Source: Clostridia bacterium
GTDB lineage: Bacteria; Bacillota; Clostridia; Monoglobales; Monoglobaceae
Assembly: GCA_045586925.1 (NCBI GenBank)
Contig: JAZNBG010000035.1
Location: 6,417-70,416, forward strand
Direction of reading: 5' to 3'
Length of the DNA stretch: 64,000 bases
Shown here: in pieces, positions 29,052 through 38,743 of the stretch
Layout of the letters: each line of letters begins with the position of its first letter
Position numbering within the stretch: position 1 is the first letter of the stretch
Position numbers and translations under genes: made by a program
Notes under the pieces: generated by a model
Told to the model about the DNA's origin: nothing
Databases searched by the model: none
What the model saw: only the letters and a program-made list of their open reading frames with translations

Positions 29052-29552
29052 ATGGAAAACAACAGAGAACAGGAACTGAGGAAGCATAGATGCTGTTTTA
29101 CAGGTCATAGACCTGATAAAATGATACAAGGCGAAAAAGAGATTAAACCGCTACTTGAGGCGGCTATAGATAAGGCAATAGCTGAAGGTTATGTAACTTT
29201 TTTAACGGGCATGGCAATGGGGACAGATATATGGGCTGCTGAAATAATTTTAGATAGAAAGAAAAAGAACAAAAATTTACATCTTATTTGCGCACTGCCG
29301 CATCCTGGCTTCGATAGCAAAAGAAGTGTTGCAGAGAAAATACGGTTTGCAAAAATACTAAAGAAAGCAGATATAGTAAGAGAAATAAGCAATCACTTCT
29401 TCAAGTCATGTTACCAAAAACGAAATGAATGGATGGTTGACAGATCAAATTTGGTTATAGCGGTATTCAACGGAGAACCAAGTGGGACTAAAAATACGGT
29501 CATTTACGCTCAAAGGAAGGGCGTAGAAATCAATAATGTTTTAAAAAACTAA
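29052..29552 (+). CDS. SLOG-fold protein of the DUF1273/YpsA family
   Basis: CCFTGHRP, FLTGMAMGTDIWAAE and the ALPHP pattern resemble B. subtilis YpsA-type SLOG proteins. Confidence 0.6.
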   Translation: MENNREQELRKHRCCFTGHRPDKMIQGEKEIKPLLEAAIDKAIAEGYVTFLTGMAMGTDIWAAEIILDRKKKNKNLHLICALPHPGFDSKRSVAEKIRFAKILKKADIVREISNHFFKSCYQKRNEWMVDRSNLVIAVFNGEPSGTKNTVIYAQRKGVEINNVLKN

Positions 29553-29637
29553 ATATACAAATACAACAAATCATTGACAACTTCATTATATTATTTTAAA
29601 GCAGTGGTAGAATATATACATAAAGGAGTTGTCGAAT

Positions 29638-30477
29638 ATGAAAAGAATTACAAACGAATTAATTAAGAAATTCAGAGAATATCTGTTAAGTGAAGAAAAG
29701 GCAGTAGCAACGATAGAAAAGTATATCCACGATGTTCTTGTGTTTATGACTTGGCTTGCAGGAGCAGAGGTTACCAAAATGGCAGTTCTTGAATATAAAC
29801 AGGAACTAACTGAGAAGTATGCTCCCACAAGTGTTAATGCCGCGCTTTCTTCGTTGAATAGTTTCTTTGTTTTCAATGAATGGTACGATTGTAAAGCGAA
29901 AGCTGTGAAAATTCAAAAGCAGATTTTTGCCAATAAAGAGAAGGAATTATCAAAGGCTGAATACGAAAGACTGCTTTTAGCGGCAAAACAAAAGAAAAAT
30001 CAAAGACTTTACTTTCTTATGCAGACGATATGCAGCACCGGGATACGTGTATCTGAGTTGAGATTTATAACAGTTGAAGCTGTTTTAAGAGGACAGGCAC
30101 ATATTAACTGTAAAGGTAAGATGCGGGTTGTTATTCTCACAAATCAACTCTGTAAAATGCTGAAGAACTATATAAAAGATAATAAAATAATAAGTGGCTC
30201 GGTTTTTGTTACTAAAACAGGTAAGCCACTTGATCGTTCTAATATATGGTCGGATTTGAAAAAACTCTGTGAATGTGCGGGAGTAGATAAAGAAAAAGTT
30301 TTTCCACATAATTTTAGGCATTTGTTTGCGCGCACTTATTATACTTTGCAAAAAGATATAGTTCGTCTTGCTGATATCCTCGGTCATTCCAATGTAAACA
30401 CTACAAGGATTTACACAATGGAAAGCGGAGAGATGCATCGCAAGCAATTGCAAAAACTTGGATTACTGATATGTTAA
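29638..30477 (+). CDS. Tyrosine site-specific recombinase (XerC/D-like)
   Basis: SAM-like N-terminal domain. Catalytic residues are in TGIRVSEL (Arg), HNFRHLFA (His-x-x-Arg) and GHSNVNTTRIYT (His, Tyr). ATG 29638 follows AAGGAG. Confidence 0.85.
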   Translation: MKRITNELIKKFREYLLSEEKAVATIEKYIHDVLVFMTWLAGAEVTKMAVLEYKQELTEKYAPTSVNAALSSLNSFFVFNEWYDCKAKAVKIQKQIFANKEKELSKAEYERLLLAAKQKKNQRLYFLMQTICSTGIRVSELRFITVEAVLRGQAHINCKGKMRVVILTNQLCKMLKNYIKDNKIISGSVFVTKTGKPLDRSNIWSDLKKLCECAGVDKEKVFPHNFRHLFARTYYTLQKDIVRLADILGHSNVNTTRIYTMESGEMHRKQLQKLGLLIC

Positions 30478-30486
30478 ATTAAAAAA

Positions 30487-30508
30487 CCACATAATTTCTC
30501 TTATGTGG
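30487..30508 (+). repeat. Left core-type recombination site (8-6-8)
   Basis: CCACATAA-tttctc-TTATGTGG has perfect inverted half-sites around an asymmetric 6-bp spacer. It lies 10 bp after the recombinase stop codon. Confidence 0.6.
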
Positions 30509-30584
30509 TAAAACTGAATGAAGAGTTCCCCAATTTGTGTGTTATGAAATATGCATAACGGCTATTTTAACCCGAAAAAAGAAC

Positions 30585-30644
30585 GCCAATAAGACCAATG
30601 TATTGTGGTATTTTTGCATTGGTCTTATTGGCATTTATTTTTTT
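30585..30644. terminator. Bidirectional rho-independent terminator inside the invertible segment
   Basis: 16-bp perfect stem GCCAATAAGACCAATG / CATTGGTCTTATTGGC, with GAAAAAAGAAC upstream and ATTTATTTTTTT downstream. Confidence 0.8.
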
Positions 30645-30684
30645 GTAGAGTTTCGATGAAATTTTACAAAATTCTCTCAAATCA

Positions 30685-30713
30685 TTGACATTTCGATAAT
30701 AATATGTTACCAT
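30685..30713 (+). promoter_or_regulatory. Promoter inside the invertible segment, currently facing the TetR/T7SS-like operon
   Basis: TTGACA (30685-30690), 17 nt, extended -10 TGtTACCAT (hexamer 30708-30713). Confidence 0.45.
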
Positions 30714-30749
30714 ATTAAAGTATAATTATGTATAGAGCAGTTGTGCGTA

Positions 30750-30771
30750 CCACATAAGAGAAATTATGTTG
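30750..30771 (-). repeat. Right core-type recombination site (8-6-8, inverted)
   Basis: CCACATAA-gagaaa-TTATGTTG. The spacer is the reverse complement of the left site's spacer, so the two sites are in inverted orientation. Confidence 0.6.
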
Positions 30772-30805
30772 TAAGTGGAGTTTATTTTTTTTGAGTAAAA
30801 TTATG

Positions 30806-30819
30806 ACCGACTGGTCGGT
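30806..30819. promoter_or_regulatory. Palindromic operator candidate upstream of the TetR gene
   Basis: ACCGAC-tg-GTCGGT dyad, 29 nt before the TetR start. Confidence 0.35.
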
Positions 30820-30847
30820 ATAGTGTAAACAAAAAGAGGTGTTACTA

Positions 30848-31417
30848 GTGCTTAGCGATGAACAGAGAGAACAGAAAAAGCAAGAATTGCTGGAAAAATG
30901 CTTTGAACTTTTCGTAAAACAAGGATTAGAGAATACCAGTCTGAACGAGTTGGTGGCATACTGCAATGTTCACAAATCAACTATGTATAGCTACTTGGCG
31001 TCAAAAGATGAGATTGTAATCGAATGTGCAAAAATGCATATGCTTGAACTTGATAAGATGTTCAGCAATGTATTTAAAAATCCACCAAATACACTTAAAG
31101 AAGTATTGCAACATGGTTTTGAAAAGATTGTAGAGGAAAAAAGTAAACTAAGGTTTGTATATCAGGTTATATCAAGTCCATTGTACGGAGAACAGGCACA
31201 AAAAGAGTTATCTTCAATTTATATGAAATATGTAGATTATTCTGAACCTATTGCAAAGATGTATAAGGTTGATGAAGCAGAATTTAGGACATGCTTTGTT
31301 TTATTTTTAAGTACAATGCATGACTATTGTATGTGGGGGAATGAATTCCTTGCTAGAGAAAAGTTGGTATACATATATAACAAGGTAACGGAATTAGACA
31401 AAAATAAAGCAAATTAA
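30848..31417 (+). CDS. TetR/AcrR-family transcriptional regulator
   Basis: N-terminal HTH LFVKQGLENTSLNELVAYCNVHKSTMYSYLASKDEI. GTG 30848 lies 8 nt after AGAGG; the ORF-track start at 30839 overlaps the RBS. Confidence 0.8.
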   Translation: MLSDEQREQKKQELLEKCFELFVKQGLENTSLNELVAYCNVHKSTMYSYLASKDEIVIECAKMHMLELDKMFSNVFKNPPNTLKEVLQHGFEKIVEEKSKLRFVYQVISSPLYGEQAQKELSSIYMKYVDYSEPIAKMYKVDEAEFRTCFVLFLSTMHDYCMWGNEFLAREKLVYIYNKVTELDKNKAN

Positions 31418-31432
31418 GGAGTTGTTTTTAAA

Positions 31433-32569
31433 ATGGCTATAATTGATAGAATAAAATATGATGGTCCACAAGATGCTTCGCCATGGTTGATTCACAAATA
31501 TCCAAGTGAAGAATTTGTTTTAGGTTCGCAGTTGATTGTAAATCAGGGACAAGAGGCTTTGTTCTTCAAAGGTGGAGAAGCACTCGATTTATTTGGTGCG
31601 GGAACTCACACTTTACATACGGGAAATCTACCCTTACTGAAAAAAATAGTTAATTTACCGTTTGGTGGAGAAACACCGTTCTCAGCAGAAATTTATTATA
31701 TTAATAAAACTTCAAAATTAGATATGAATTGGGGTACTGCAAACCCATTTCAGCTTGAAGATCCCAAATATGGTCTTATATTATCTATAAGATCACACGG
31801 CAAGTATGGATTGCGTATTACGGATTCAAGAATGTTTGTTAATGAGCTTGTTGGCGCTATTCCTAATGGTGCAACAGTAAACTATCCGTTTGTTGCAAGT
31901 TATTTTAGTGGTTTGTTAACTACATATGTAAAAACTGTTATTTCTAATTTTATGATAAAACAAAAGATTTCTTTTCTTGAGGTAACGGCGTACTTAAGGG
32001 AATTATCGGAAGAATGCCAAAAAGAGATTTCAAACGAGTTCGATAAATATGGTGTTGAAATACAAAATTTCTTTATTGAAGCTATTTCACCTCCAAAAGA
32101 AGAATTTGAAAAGCTTCGCACATATAAAGAAGAGTTGTCTTTGGGAAATGATTTCTATAAACAACGTCGTTCTTTTGATGTATTAGAAAAATTGGCAGAT
32201 AACCCCAATGCAGGTGGAATGGCTAATGCAGGAATCGGATTGGGTATGGGCTTAGGGGTCGCTCCTAATATGGGAAATATTTTTGGTGGAATTGGTGAAA
32301 ATACCATGAATATCAATGGTCAGACAGGCGCGCAAGGAAAAGTATGCCCTAAATGTTCTGCCCAGGTTGCTGAAGGATTAAAGTTCTGTGGTAATTGTGG
32401 GGAGAGGATTAGCAATTCGTTGATATGTCCATCATGCAATCATGAAAATCCTGAAAATACTAAGTTCTGTGGCAACTGTGGTCAAAAACTTGTAAACAAA
32501 TGCAGCGAATGTGGAACAGAGAACGATTTAGGTCAAAAATTCTGCGGTAATTGTGGAAATAAACTGTAA
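31433..32569 (+). CDS. SPFH/Band-7 domain protein with C-terminal triple zinc ribbon (YdjI-like)
   Basis: The N-terminal ~230 aa resemble B. subtilis YdjI (virion-core-like SPFH). A Gly/Met-rich linker is followed by CPKCSAQV..CGNCG, CPSCNHEN..CGNCG and CSECGTEN..CGNCG. Confidence 0.7.
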   Translation: MAIIDRIKYDGPQDASPWLIHKYPSEEFVLGSQLIVNQGQEALFFKGGEALDLFGAGTHTLHTGNLPLLKKIVNLPFGGETPFSAEIYYINKTSKLDMNWGTANPFQLEDPKYGLILSIRSHGKYGLRITDSRMFVNELVGAIPNGATVNYPFVASYFSGLLTTYVKTVISNFMIKQKISFLEVTAYLRELSEECQKEISNEFDKYGVEIQNFFIEAISPPKEEFEKLRTYKEELSLGNDFYKQRRSFDVLEKLADNPNAGGMANAGIGLGMGLGVAPNMGNIFGGIGENTMNINGQTGAQGKVCPKCSAQVAEGLKFCGNCGERISNSLICPSCNHENPENTKFCGNCGQKLVNKCSECGTENDLGQKFCGNCGNKL

Positions 32570-32589
32570 AAGAGGTGAAAAGACAGAAT

Positions 32590-35500
32590 ATGGGCAAATA
32601 TATAGCATATTTTTACATAGACAATCAATTAATGCAATTTGATCTCGACTTGTTGCTAAATAATTGTGTTGATAATTATTTAGGTGAATCAATTCTTCCG
32701 GTAGGAAGTAAGCAACTATTTCCCATTAAAACAGAGAATAAAAAATATTACCTTTATGGGAATTTTAGCAATTGGAAAATTGTTTGTAACGGAAGTGAAG
32801 TCGGAGAAAAAGTTGAAATATCACATGGAAGTTACATCAATTTTTCATCTAAGAAAAGCTCCTATTCTGTTTTGATATCAGAAACAGCTAACTTTAGTAT
32901 ATATAATAATTGTTTGGAAATTCAAAAAAATCAGAATATCTTTATAGGTAGGGCTCCGGAGAGCAACATTGTAATAGATATTAACGATAGTGTATCAAGA
33001 AAACATGCAGCAATAAGATTAGATGCATCAGGCAATGGCTTTGTTGAGGATTTGTCACGTAAAACAGGTGTTTTCCTAAATGGAAAAAGAATTGTTTCAA
33101 GCGAAATAAAATGTGGGGACATTATTCATATAATGGGTGTGTCTATATGTTTTATGGGGACATTTCTTGTTGTTCCTAAAAATATTGTTACAAACGGGAT
33201 GAAAGAGGTCAAGTCTTTTAATGTTGCGCAGCCAACAGATAAAGAGCTTGAAGATACTTATGCAAGGACACCAAGAATATTAAAGTCATTGGATAGAAAC
33301 AAAATAATTATAGATGCACCTACACAGCCTCAAAAATCCAAACAACAACCTTTTATTCTGGTTGCGGGACCTTCTGCGACAATGGCATTAGGTATGATGG
33401 CTAGTTTTGGAGTAACTTTAGCTAATGCACTGAATGGTGGAAACATATCTTCAACTATTACCGGTGGTGTAATGGTTATAAGTATGTTGTTGGGTTCTTT
33501 AATGTGGCCTTCTTTACTTAGAAATTACACTAAAAGACAAGAAATCGCAAATGAAAAGTATAGAGTAGAGAAATATAAATACTATTTGTCGGAAAAAGAA
33601 GCAGAAATAAGAAAATCCTACGAAAGAAATTGCAGAATATGGAATGAAAATCTTTTGCCAGCACCCGATAAATTGTCTCAAATTGTTTTTGAACGAGGTA
33701 TAAATCTTTGGGAAAGAACATTTACAGATGAGGACTTTCTGCAGGTTAGACTTGGAATAGGTGCCAAATTATTTGAAACAGAAATCCAACATCCAAATAA
33801 AGGCTTTACATTGCATGATGACGCATTGATAGATGAAGCAATAAACTTAGCAAACAAATATAAAATGTTAGAAAATGTTCCAATTAGCGTATCATTAATA
33901 AACCAAAGAACAGTTGGAATAGTTGGAGAAAGTGAAAAAATACATAATACACTTAGATGTATGATTCTAAACACGGTTGCACTTCACTCACCTGAGGATG
34001 TAAAGATTTGTGTTATTTGTAATGAACTTCAAATTGAGCAGGTAGAGTGGATAAAAGATTTGCCTCATTGTTGGGATTCTGCTAAAACAACACGATATTT
34101 TGCAACTAATAATATGGAAGCACAAAGACTGCTCAATGATATGGATGAGAAAATTCAAGAAAGAGAAGAATTGATTGACAAAGATGCAATCAGAACCCCT
34201 CATACCATAGTTGTTGTTTTGGATGAAAAAGTAGTTGAAAATATACCTTTTTATAGATACTTAATTGATTCCAAAAACAATGTAGGCATATCCTCTATTT
34301 TTATTGCAGAACACTTTAATAGAATACCTAAAGAGTGTACTGCAATAATTCAAAACGAAAAAGATATATGCGGAATTTATACAAAGAATGAAAACGATAA
34401 TAGATTTGTTTGTTTCAAATCTGATGAGTTTAAACTGACGGATGCTAAAAAAATCAGTCAGAGTATGTCTGAGATTCCGGTTAAGGTTGAGAAAACAAAA
34501 CTTAGTGTTCCTAACCGTGTATCATTTTTGGATATGTATAAGGTGGGAAATATTGAGAATCTTTCAATTGAACAAAAATGGGCAAATAATATGTCAGACA
34601 AAACGCTTGCTGTTCCTATTGGAATAAAAGCAGGCGGAGAATTGTTCTGTTTGGATATACACGAAAAACACCATGGTTGTCACGGATTAGTTGCCGGAAT
34701 GACAGGCTCGGGTAAAAGTGAATTTTTACAGGCATTTATATTATCAGCATTAATTAATTTTAGTCCTAATGAAATTGCATTTGTACTGGTGGACTTTAAA
34801 GGTGGAGATATGGCTCGACCATTTTTGAAGGTTCCGCATCTTTCTGCAACTATATCAAATCTATCCGAAAATATTTTGTATAGAGCATTGATTTCTTTGG
34901 AGGCAGAAGTAAAATCAAGACAAAAAATATTTAATGAAGCCGCATCATTGTTGGGCATTGATAAAATTGATATTAATTCATACCATAAATATTTTAAGGA
35001 AGGTAGATTAACATTACCATTACCACACTTAGTAATTGTAATAGATGAGTTTGCACAATTGAAATCTCAACAACCTGAATTCATGGCTAAACTTGTTGAA
35101 ATAGCTCAGGTCGGAAGAAGTTTAGGAATTCATCTGATATTAGCAACGCAAAAACCGAGCGGTGTTGTTGATCCGCAAATATGGAGCAACTCAAGATTTA
35201 AAGTATGTTTGAAAGTGTTGGATAAGCAGGATAGTACGGAAATGATAAACAGACCGGATGCTGCTTTAATTAAATCTCCTGGACGTGCTTATGTTCAGGT
35301 CGGCTATGATGAAATTTTCGAACAGTTACAGTCAGGTTATAGCGGTGCTGATTATGTTGAACAAAAAGAGTATACAGATGATGAAGATGTAACAATAAAA
35401 CTTATAGATTCTGCTGCTATGCCAATTAGAAGCGCTCGTAGTATATCAGGAAATCTTAAGAGTGGTAAGACACAGTTAGAAGAAACTATAAATAAGATTG

Positions 35501-37239
35501 TTGAAATCGCTGATGAAAAGGGATTAAGTGTAAAGCCTTTGTGGTTGGAGCCACTAAAGGAAACAATATATCTTACAGAATGTGTTGATAAGTTATACAC
35601 AGATTCTTTCGAAATTTGTTGGGATCAAGATTTAGATATCTCAACTACATTGGGAATCATCGATATAATTGAAACACAGAAACAGATACCTTTAAATATT
35701 TCATTGCCGCAGAGCGGACATATTGCTATTTATGGTTCTTCTGGAACTGGAAAGACTACATTGTTACAAACAATTATTTTCTCGCTGGCAACAAAATATT
35801 CACCGGAACTGTTAAACATTTTTGCTTTTGATTTTGGCGGACGCAATTTAGGGAATTTATCGCTTCTTCCGCATTGCGTTAACGTAGCTTTTGGCGATGA
35901 AGAGGACAAAATTTCATATATGTTTGAGCAGATACTTGAATGTATCGAATCAAGAAAAGTTTTGTTTGCAAAAAATAACTGCGCTACATATGAATCGTAT
36001 TTAGCAACAACAAAAAATAAACTTCCTGCAGTTCTTTTGGTGCTGGATAACTATGCTATATTCAGAGAAAAAATGTTCAAGAATGAAGATGATTTAGTTA
36101 GAATTGTTGCTAATGCAAAGGCGTACGGAATATATTTGATCGTTACAGGAAATAGCAAGAATGCAATTTATTACAAAGTTTCTGAACACATATCAAATAA
36201 TATTACTTTGCGTATGAATGATAAAATGAATTACCGTGATATATTAAATGTTTCTATACCTATTGAACCTGATAATATCAAAGGAAGAGGGTTGACAGTC
36301 TTTAATAAAAAAGCGGTAGAAATTCAGGCAGCACTTCCGTTGGAAGCAGAGAACGAGGCTGACAGAGCTGAAAAGCTGAACAAAATATACACTGCTATGT
36401 CACAGGCATATAACGGAACCAATGTGGCTAGTGTTTACTCTTCTTCAACTGAAAATAGTAAATCTAATATTTCAGAAGAAAATAGTACAATTAAAACATC
36501 TGTTATTTCAACAAGGAAAGTTCCGTCAACACTTCCTATTGTTAATGCTGATGATCATACAATTGTTTGTGGTTCTTCTGTTGTAAGCGGTCAGCTTCAA
36601 GGGTTTGAAATGCGTAATACTACAAATGTATTTATAGGTGTTAATGGTTCTGAATATCCAAATCGATTGCTTGAAAGAATTATTAATTTAAACAATGCTG
36701 CATTTTACGATATTTGCTCCTCATCATCGTTAGAAGGTGAATTTATTACATCGGTAAATACGGAATCTGAAATTCATGAAATGCTTCAAAATCTCGTTTA
36801 TGAAGTTAATGATCGAGAGAGTGAACTTCAAATGTTGCAGGCTGCGAATGTCGATGATTCTGAAGTATACGGATATATGCAAAAATATAAGAGGATTTTC
36901 TTGTTGATAAGAAGTTTCTCTAAGTTCTATGATGAGATAAGTGATGATGATTTAAAATTGTTGTTGACAATGTTGAAGAAGCAACGTCATCTAGGTATAT
37001 ATATTCTCACCATAGATGATATTGAAAGTATAGAACCATATTGTGATACAGCTTTATACATTGAATTAATAAAAACCGAAAAAGGCGTTGTTCTTGGTGG
37101 CAATATTAGTGATAAACAGGCGGCTCGATTGTGTAAACAATTCTCTGAAATACCTGTTGCAGAAAGAAACAAGAAACTGTCTGATAACAATGCATTTATG
37201 TATAATGATGCAAAATGGTCAGTAATTGAAATCAATTAA
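32590..37239 (+). CDS. essC: FHA-domain FtsK/SpoIIIE-family ATPase, EssC/EccC-like type VII secretion translocase
   Basis: FHA motif IGRAPESNIVI..SVSRKHAAI..TGVFLNGKRI, then two TM helices. P-loop 1 is GMTGSGKSE with VIDEF. P-loop 2 is GSSGTGKTT with LVLDNY. A third ATPase-like region lacks a P-loop lysine. ATG 32590 was chosen; GTG 32575 is an alternative. Confidence 0.85.
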   Translation: MGKYIAYFYIDNQLMQFDLDLLLNNCVDNYLGESILPVGSKQLFPIKTENKKYYLYGNFSNWKIVCNGSEVGEKVEISHGSYINFSSKKSSYSVLISETANFSIYNNCLEIQKNQNIFIGRAPESNIVIDINDSVSRKHAAIRLDASGNGFVEDLSRKTGVFLNGKRIVSSEIKCGDIIHIMGVSICFMGTFLVVPKNIVTNGMKEVKSFNVAQPTDKELEDTYARTPRILKSLDRNKIIIDAPTQPQKSKQQPFILVAGPSATMALGMMASFGVTLANALNGGNISSTITGGVMVISMLLGSLMWPSLLRNYTKRQEIANEKYRVEKYKYYLSEKEAEIRKSYERNCRIWNENLLPAPDKLSQIVFERGINLWERTFTDEDFLQVRLGIGAKLFETEIQHPNKGFTLHDDALIDEAINLANKYKMLENVPISVSLINQRTVGIVGESEKIHNTLRCMILNTVALHSPEDVKICVICNELQIEQVEWIKDLPHCWDSAKTTRYFATNNMEAQRLLNDMDEKIQEREELIDKDAIRTPHTIVVVLDEKVVENIPFYRYLIDSKNNVGISSIFIAEHFNRIPKECTAIIQNEKDICGIYTKNENDNRFVCFKSDEFKLTDAKKISQSMSEIPVKVEKTKLSVPNRVSFLDMYKVGNIENLSIEQKWANNMSDKTLAVPIGIKAGGELFCLDIHEKHHGCHGLVAGMTGSGKSEFLQAFILSALINFSPNEIAFVLVDFKGGDMARPFLKVPHLSATISNLSENILYRALISLEAEVKSRQKIFNEAASLLGIDKIDINSYHKYFKEGRLTLPLPHLVIVIDEFAQLKSQQPEFMAKLVEIAQVGRSLGIHLILATQKPSGVVDPQIWSNSRFKVCLKVLDKQDSTEMINRPDAALIKSPGRAYVQVGYDEIFEQLQSGYSGADYVEQKEYTDDEDVTIKLIDSAAMPIRSARSISGNLKSGKTQLEETINKIVEIADEKGLSVKPLWLEPLKETIYLTECVDKLYTDSFEICWDQDLDISTTLGIIDIIETQKQIPLNISLPQSGHIAIYGSSGTGKTTLLQTIIFSLATKYSPELLNIFAFDFGGRNLGNLSLLPHCVNVAFGDEEDKISYMFEQILECIESRKVLFAKNNCATYESYLATTKNKLPAVLLVLDNYAIFREKMFKNEDDLVRIVANAKAYGIYLIVTGNSKNAIYYKVSEHISNNITLRMNDKMNYRDILNVSIPIEPDNIKGRGLTVFNKKAVEIQAALPLEAENEADRAEKLNKIYTAMSQAYNGTNVASVYSSSTENSKSNISEENSTIKTSVISTRKVPSTLPIVNADDHTIVCGSSVVSGQLQGFEMRNTTNVFIGVNGSEYPNRLLERIINLNNAAFYDICSSSSLEGEFITSVNTESEIHEMLQNLVYEVNDRESELQMLQAANVDDSEVYGYMQKYKRIFLLIRSFSKFYDEISDDDLKLLLTMLKKQRHLGIYILTIDDIESIEPYCDTALYIELIKTEKGVVLGGNISDKQAARLCKQFSEIPVAERNKKLSDNNAFMYNDAKWSVIEIN

Positions 37240-37255
37240 ATAGGAGGTGTATAAT

Positions 37256-38044
37256 ATGAATTTTTCTGACAAATCTTTACATTTAACATATGATGAGTTT
37301 TATGCATTAATGTGTTTGTTAGGTGCAAAAAGTGTTCAAGGAACTTTTGTTGAAAATCATAATAATATATCTCCAAATGATTTCGAGAATATATGGGCAG
37401 TCTGCGAAAAATCACTGATTTCTAAAGGATATATGACATTAGACGGTGAGGATTTGCAGCTGGATATTAGTTTATATAGCATTATAACAGCATGTGTGAA
37501 TGCCGAAAGAAAATATAGTGTACAATTGTCAAAAGATAAATCCAATATTATTGATACAGTTTTTTATGATGGAAATAAGGCAATGGTATGTATCAATAAT
37601 TGTGATGAAAAGAAAGAGGTTTATTTAAGTTATTGCAATAAAAAGAAATCTTTTGATAATGTGGTTAAGGAAATTCCGGATATTACACAAAATATGCTTA
37701 ACGAAAAATCTGCTGAAATTACCCTTTCACAGCAGGAATATTTCACACTCATGTCTAGTGCTAATTTGGGGGACTATACCAAGGCTCGAAATCTATTCCC
37801 TGATGATATGGAAGAAGAATATTTAATGGATTTGATAAACACATTAAAAAATTCTTATGGGTTACTATCGGTTAATGAATTTGAAGATGAGGAAATTAGC
37901 ACTTACAGCATTTTATTTGGAAAAGAATCTTTATGGGCTATTTATGCACAGGATGAAGAAACAATATCCTTTAAATTGGTATCCAAAACTGATTTAGAAG
38001 ATAGCCTCGCGCAAACTTTTGGTTATGACGGAGGTGGCAAATAA
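37256..38044 (+). CDS. Soluble acidic protein of unknown function (possible EspG-like secretion chaperone)
   Basis: No TM segments. The N-terminal LTYDEFYALMCLLGAK loosely recalls the EspG N-terminus. Its position between the essC-like and yukD-like genes is suggestive. ATG 37256 follows AGGAGG. Confidence 0.25.
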   Translation: MNFSDKSLHLTYDEFYALMCLLGAKSVQGTFVENHNNISPNDFENIWAVCEKSLISKGYMTLDGEDLQLDISLYSIITACVNAERKYSVQLSKDKSNIIDTVFYDGNKAMVCINNCDEKKEVYLSYCNKKKSFDNVVKEIPDITQNMLNEKSAEITLSQQEYFTLMSSANLGDYTKARNLFPDDMEEEYLMDLINTLKNSYGLLSVNEFEDEEISTYSILFGKESLWAIYAQDEETISFKLVSKTDLEDSLAQTFGYDGGGK

Positions 38045-38045
38045 A

Positions 38046-38303
38046 ATGACTGAAAAAATTACGTTATCGGTATGTGTACTAGGAATTAATAAAAATTGTG
38101 ATTTTTCTGTTCCGACAAATATGTCAGTTAGAGAAGCAATTAAGTTAATGAAAAAGGTGATAACCGAAGAATATTGGGGTAACTCACCTATGCCAAAGAG
38201 CAGAATGAATTTGATGAAGTTGTCTGATCTTGAGGTATTAAATGATTCATTGAGTTTTGCCCAACTCGGTATTTCAAGTGGAGAAAGATTGATTTTTGTT
38301 TAA
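38046..38303 (+). CDS. YukD/EsaB-like ubiquitin-fold T7SS protein
   Basis: 85 aa. The pattern CDFSVPTNMSVREAIKLM ... LGISSGERLIFV parallels B. subtilis YukD (which ends CGITNGDRLEIL). ATG 38046 follows GGAGG. Confidence 0.65.
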   Translation: MTEKITLSVCVLGINKNCDFSVPTNMSVREAIKLMKKVITEEYWGNSPMPKSRMNLMKLSDLEVLNDSLSFAQLGISSGERLIFV

Positions 38304-38317
38304 GGAGTGTAAAAAAT

Positions 38318-38614
38318 ATGGCAACGTTTAGAATTAACTATTCAAGAGTTATTTCGCAAGCTAACTCTATGAATAATTTAAGTGGCGATCTTTCTTCTGA
38401 AATACGTAGGTTAGAAAATATGTTAAGCGAAGCTCGAAGTAATTGGAAAGGTCCAGCATCAGAAACATTTCAAAGACAATTAAGTAATTTAATAGGAGAT
38501 ATGAAGAACACAAAAAGTAAAATGTCAAGTGTTTCAAGTACAATTAAGAGTGTCGCAAGAAGGATACAAGCAGAAGATGAGCGAGCTGCTGAAAGAGCAA
38601 AAAAACTGAAATAA
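38318..38614 (+). CDS. WXG100-family protein (paralogue 1)
   Basis: 98-aa helical hairpin with a central W-K-G (SNWKGPASETF). Confidence 0.7.
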   Translation: MATFRINYSRVISQANSMNNLSGDLSSEIRRLENMLSEARSNWKGPASETFQRQLSNLIGDMKNTKSKMSSVSSTIKSVARRIQAEDERAAERAKKLK

Positions 38615-38632
38615 GAATTTGGAGGTGGAAAT

Positions 38633-38743
38633 ATGGAAGCTGCGGCTGCAACACCGATTAATTCAGTAGCAAGTACAGTGGTACCTATAGCGGTTGCTGT
38701 GCTTGTTGGAGTGGCAATTTTCGCTTTTTTAAGGCGAAAGTAA
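38633..38743 (+). CDS. 36-aa single-pass membrane peptide (not in the ORF track)
   Basis: ATG 38633 lies 6 nt after GGAGGTGG. It reads MEAAAATPINSVASTVVPIAVAVLVGVAIFAFLRRK: a hydrophobic helix followed by an RRK anchor. Confidence 0.5.
   Translation: MEAAAATPINSVASTVVPIAVAVLVGVAIFAFLRRK

Larger units (their letters stand above)
30487..30771. promoter_or_regulatory. Candidate invertible promoter switch
   Basis: A 21-bp perfect inverted repeat (30490-30510 / 30748-30768) flanks a ~240-bp segment. That segment holds a bidirectional terminator and an outward-facing promoter. Confidence 0.55.

Noticed and set aside
30797-30824. Second promoter (TTGAGT ... TATAGT) between the right inverted repeat and the TetR gene
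   Set aside because: The two hexamers are 22 nt apart, too far for a functional sigma-A promoter. The TATAGT overlaps the palindromic operator candidate. It was therefore not listed as a feature.
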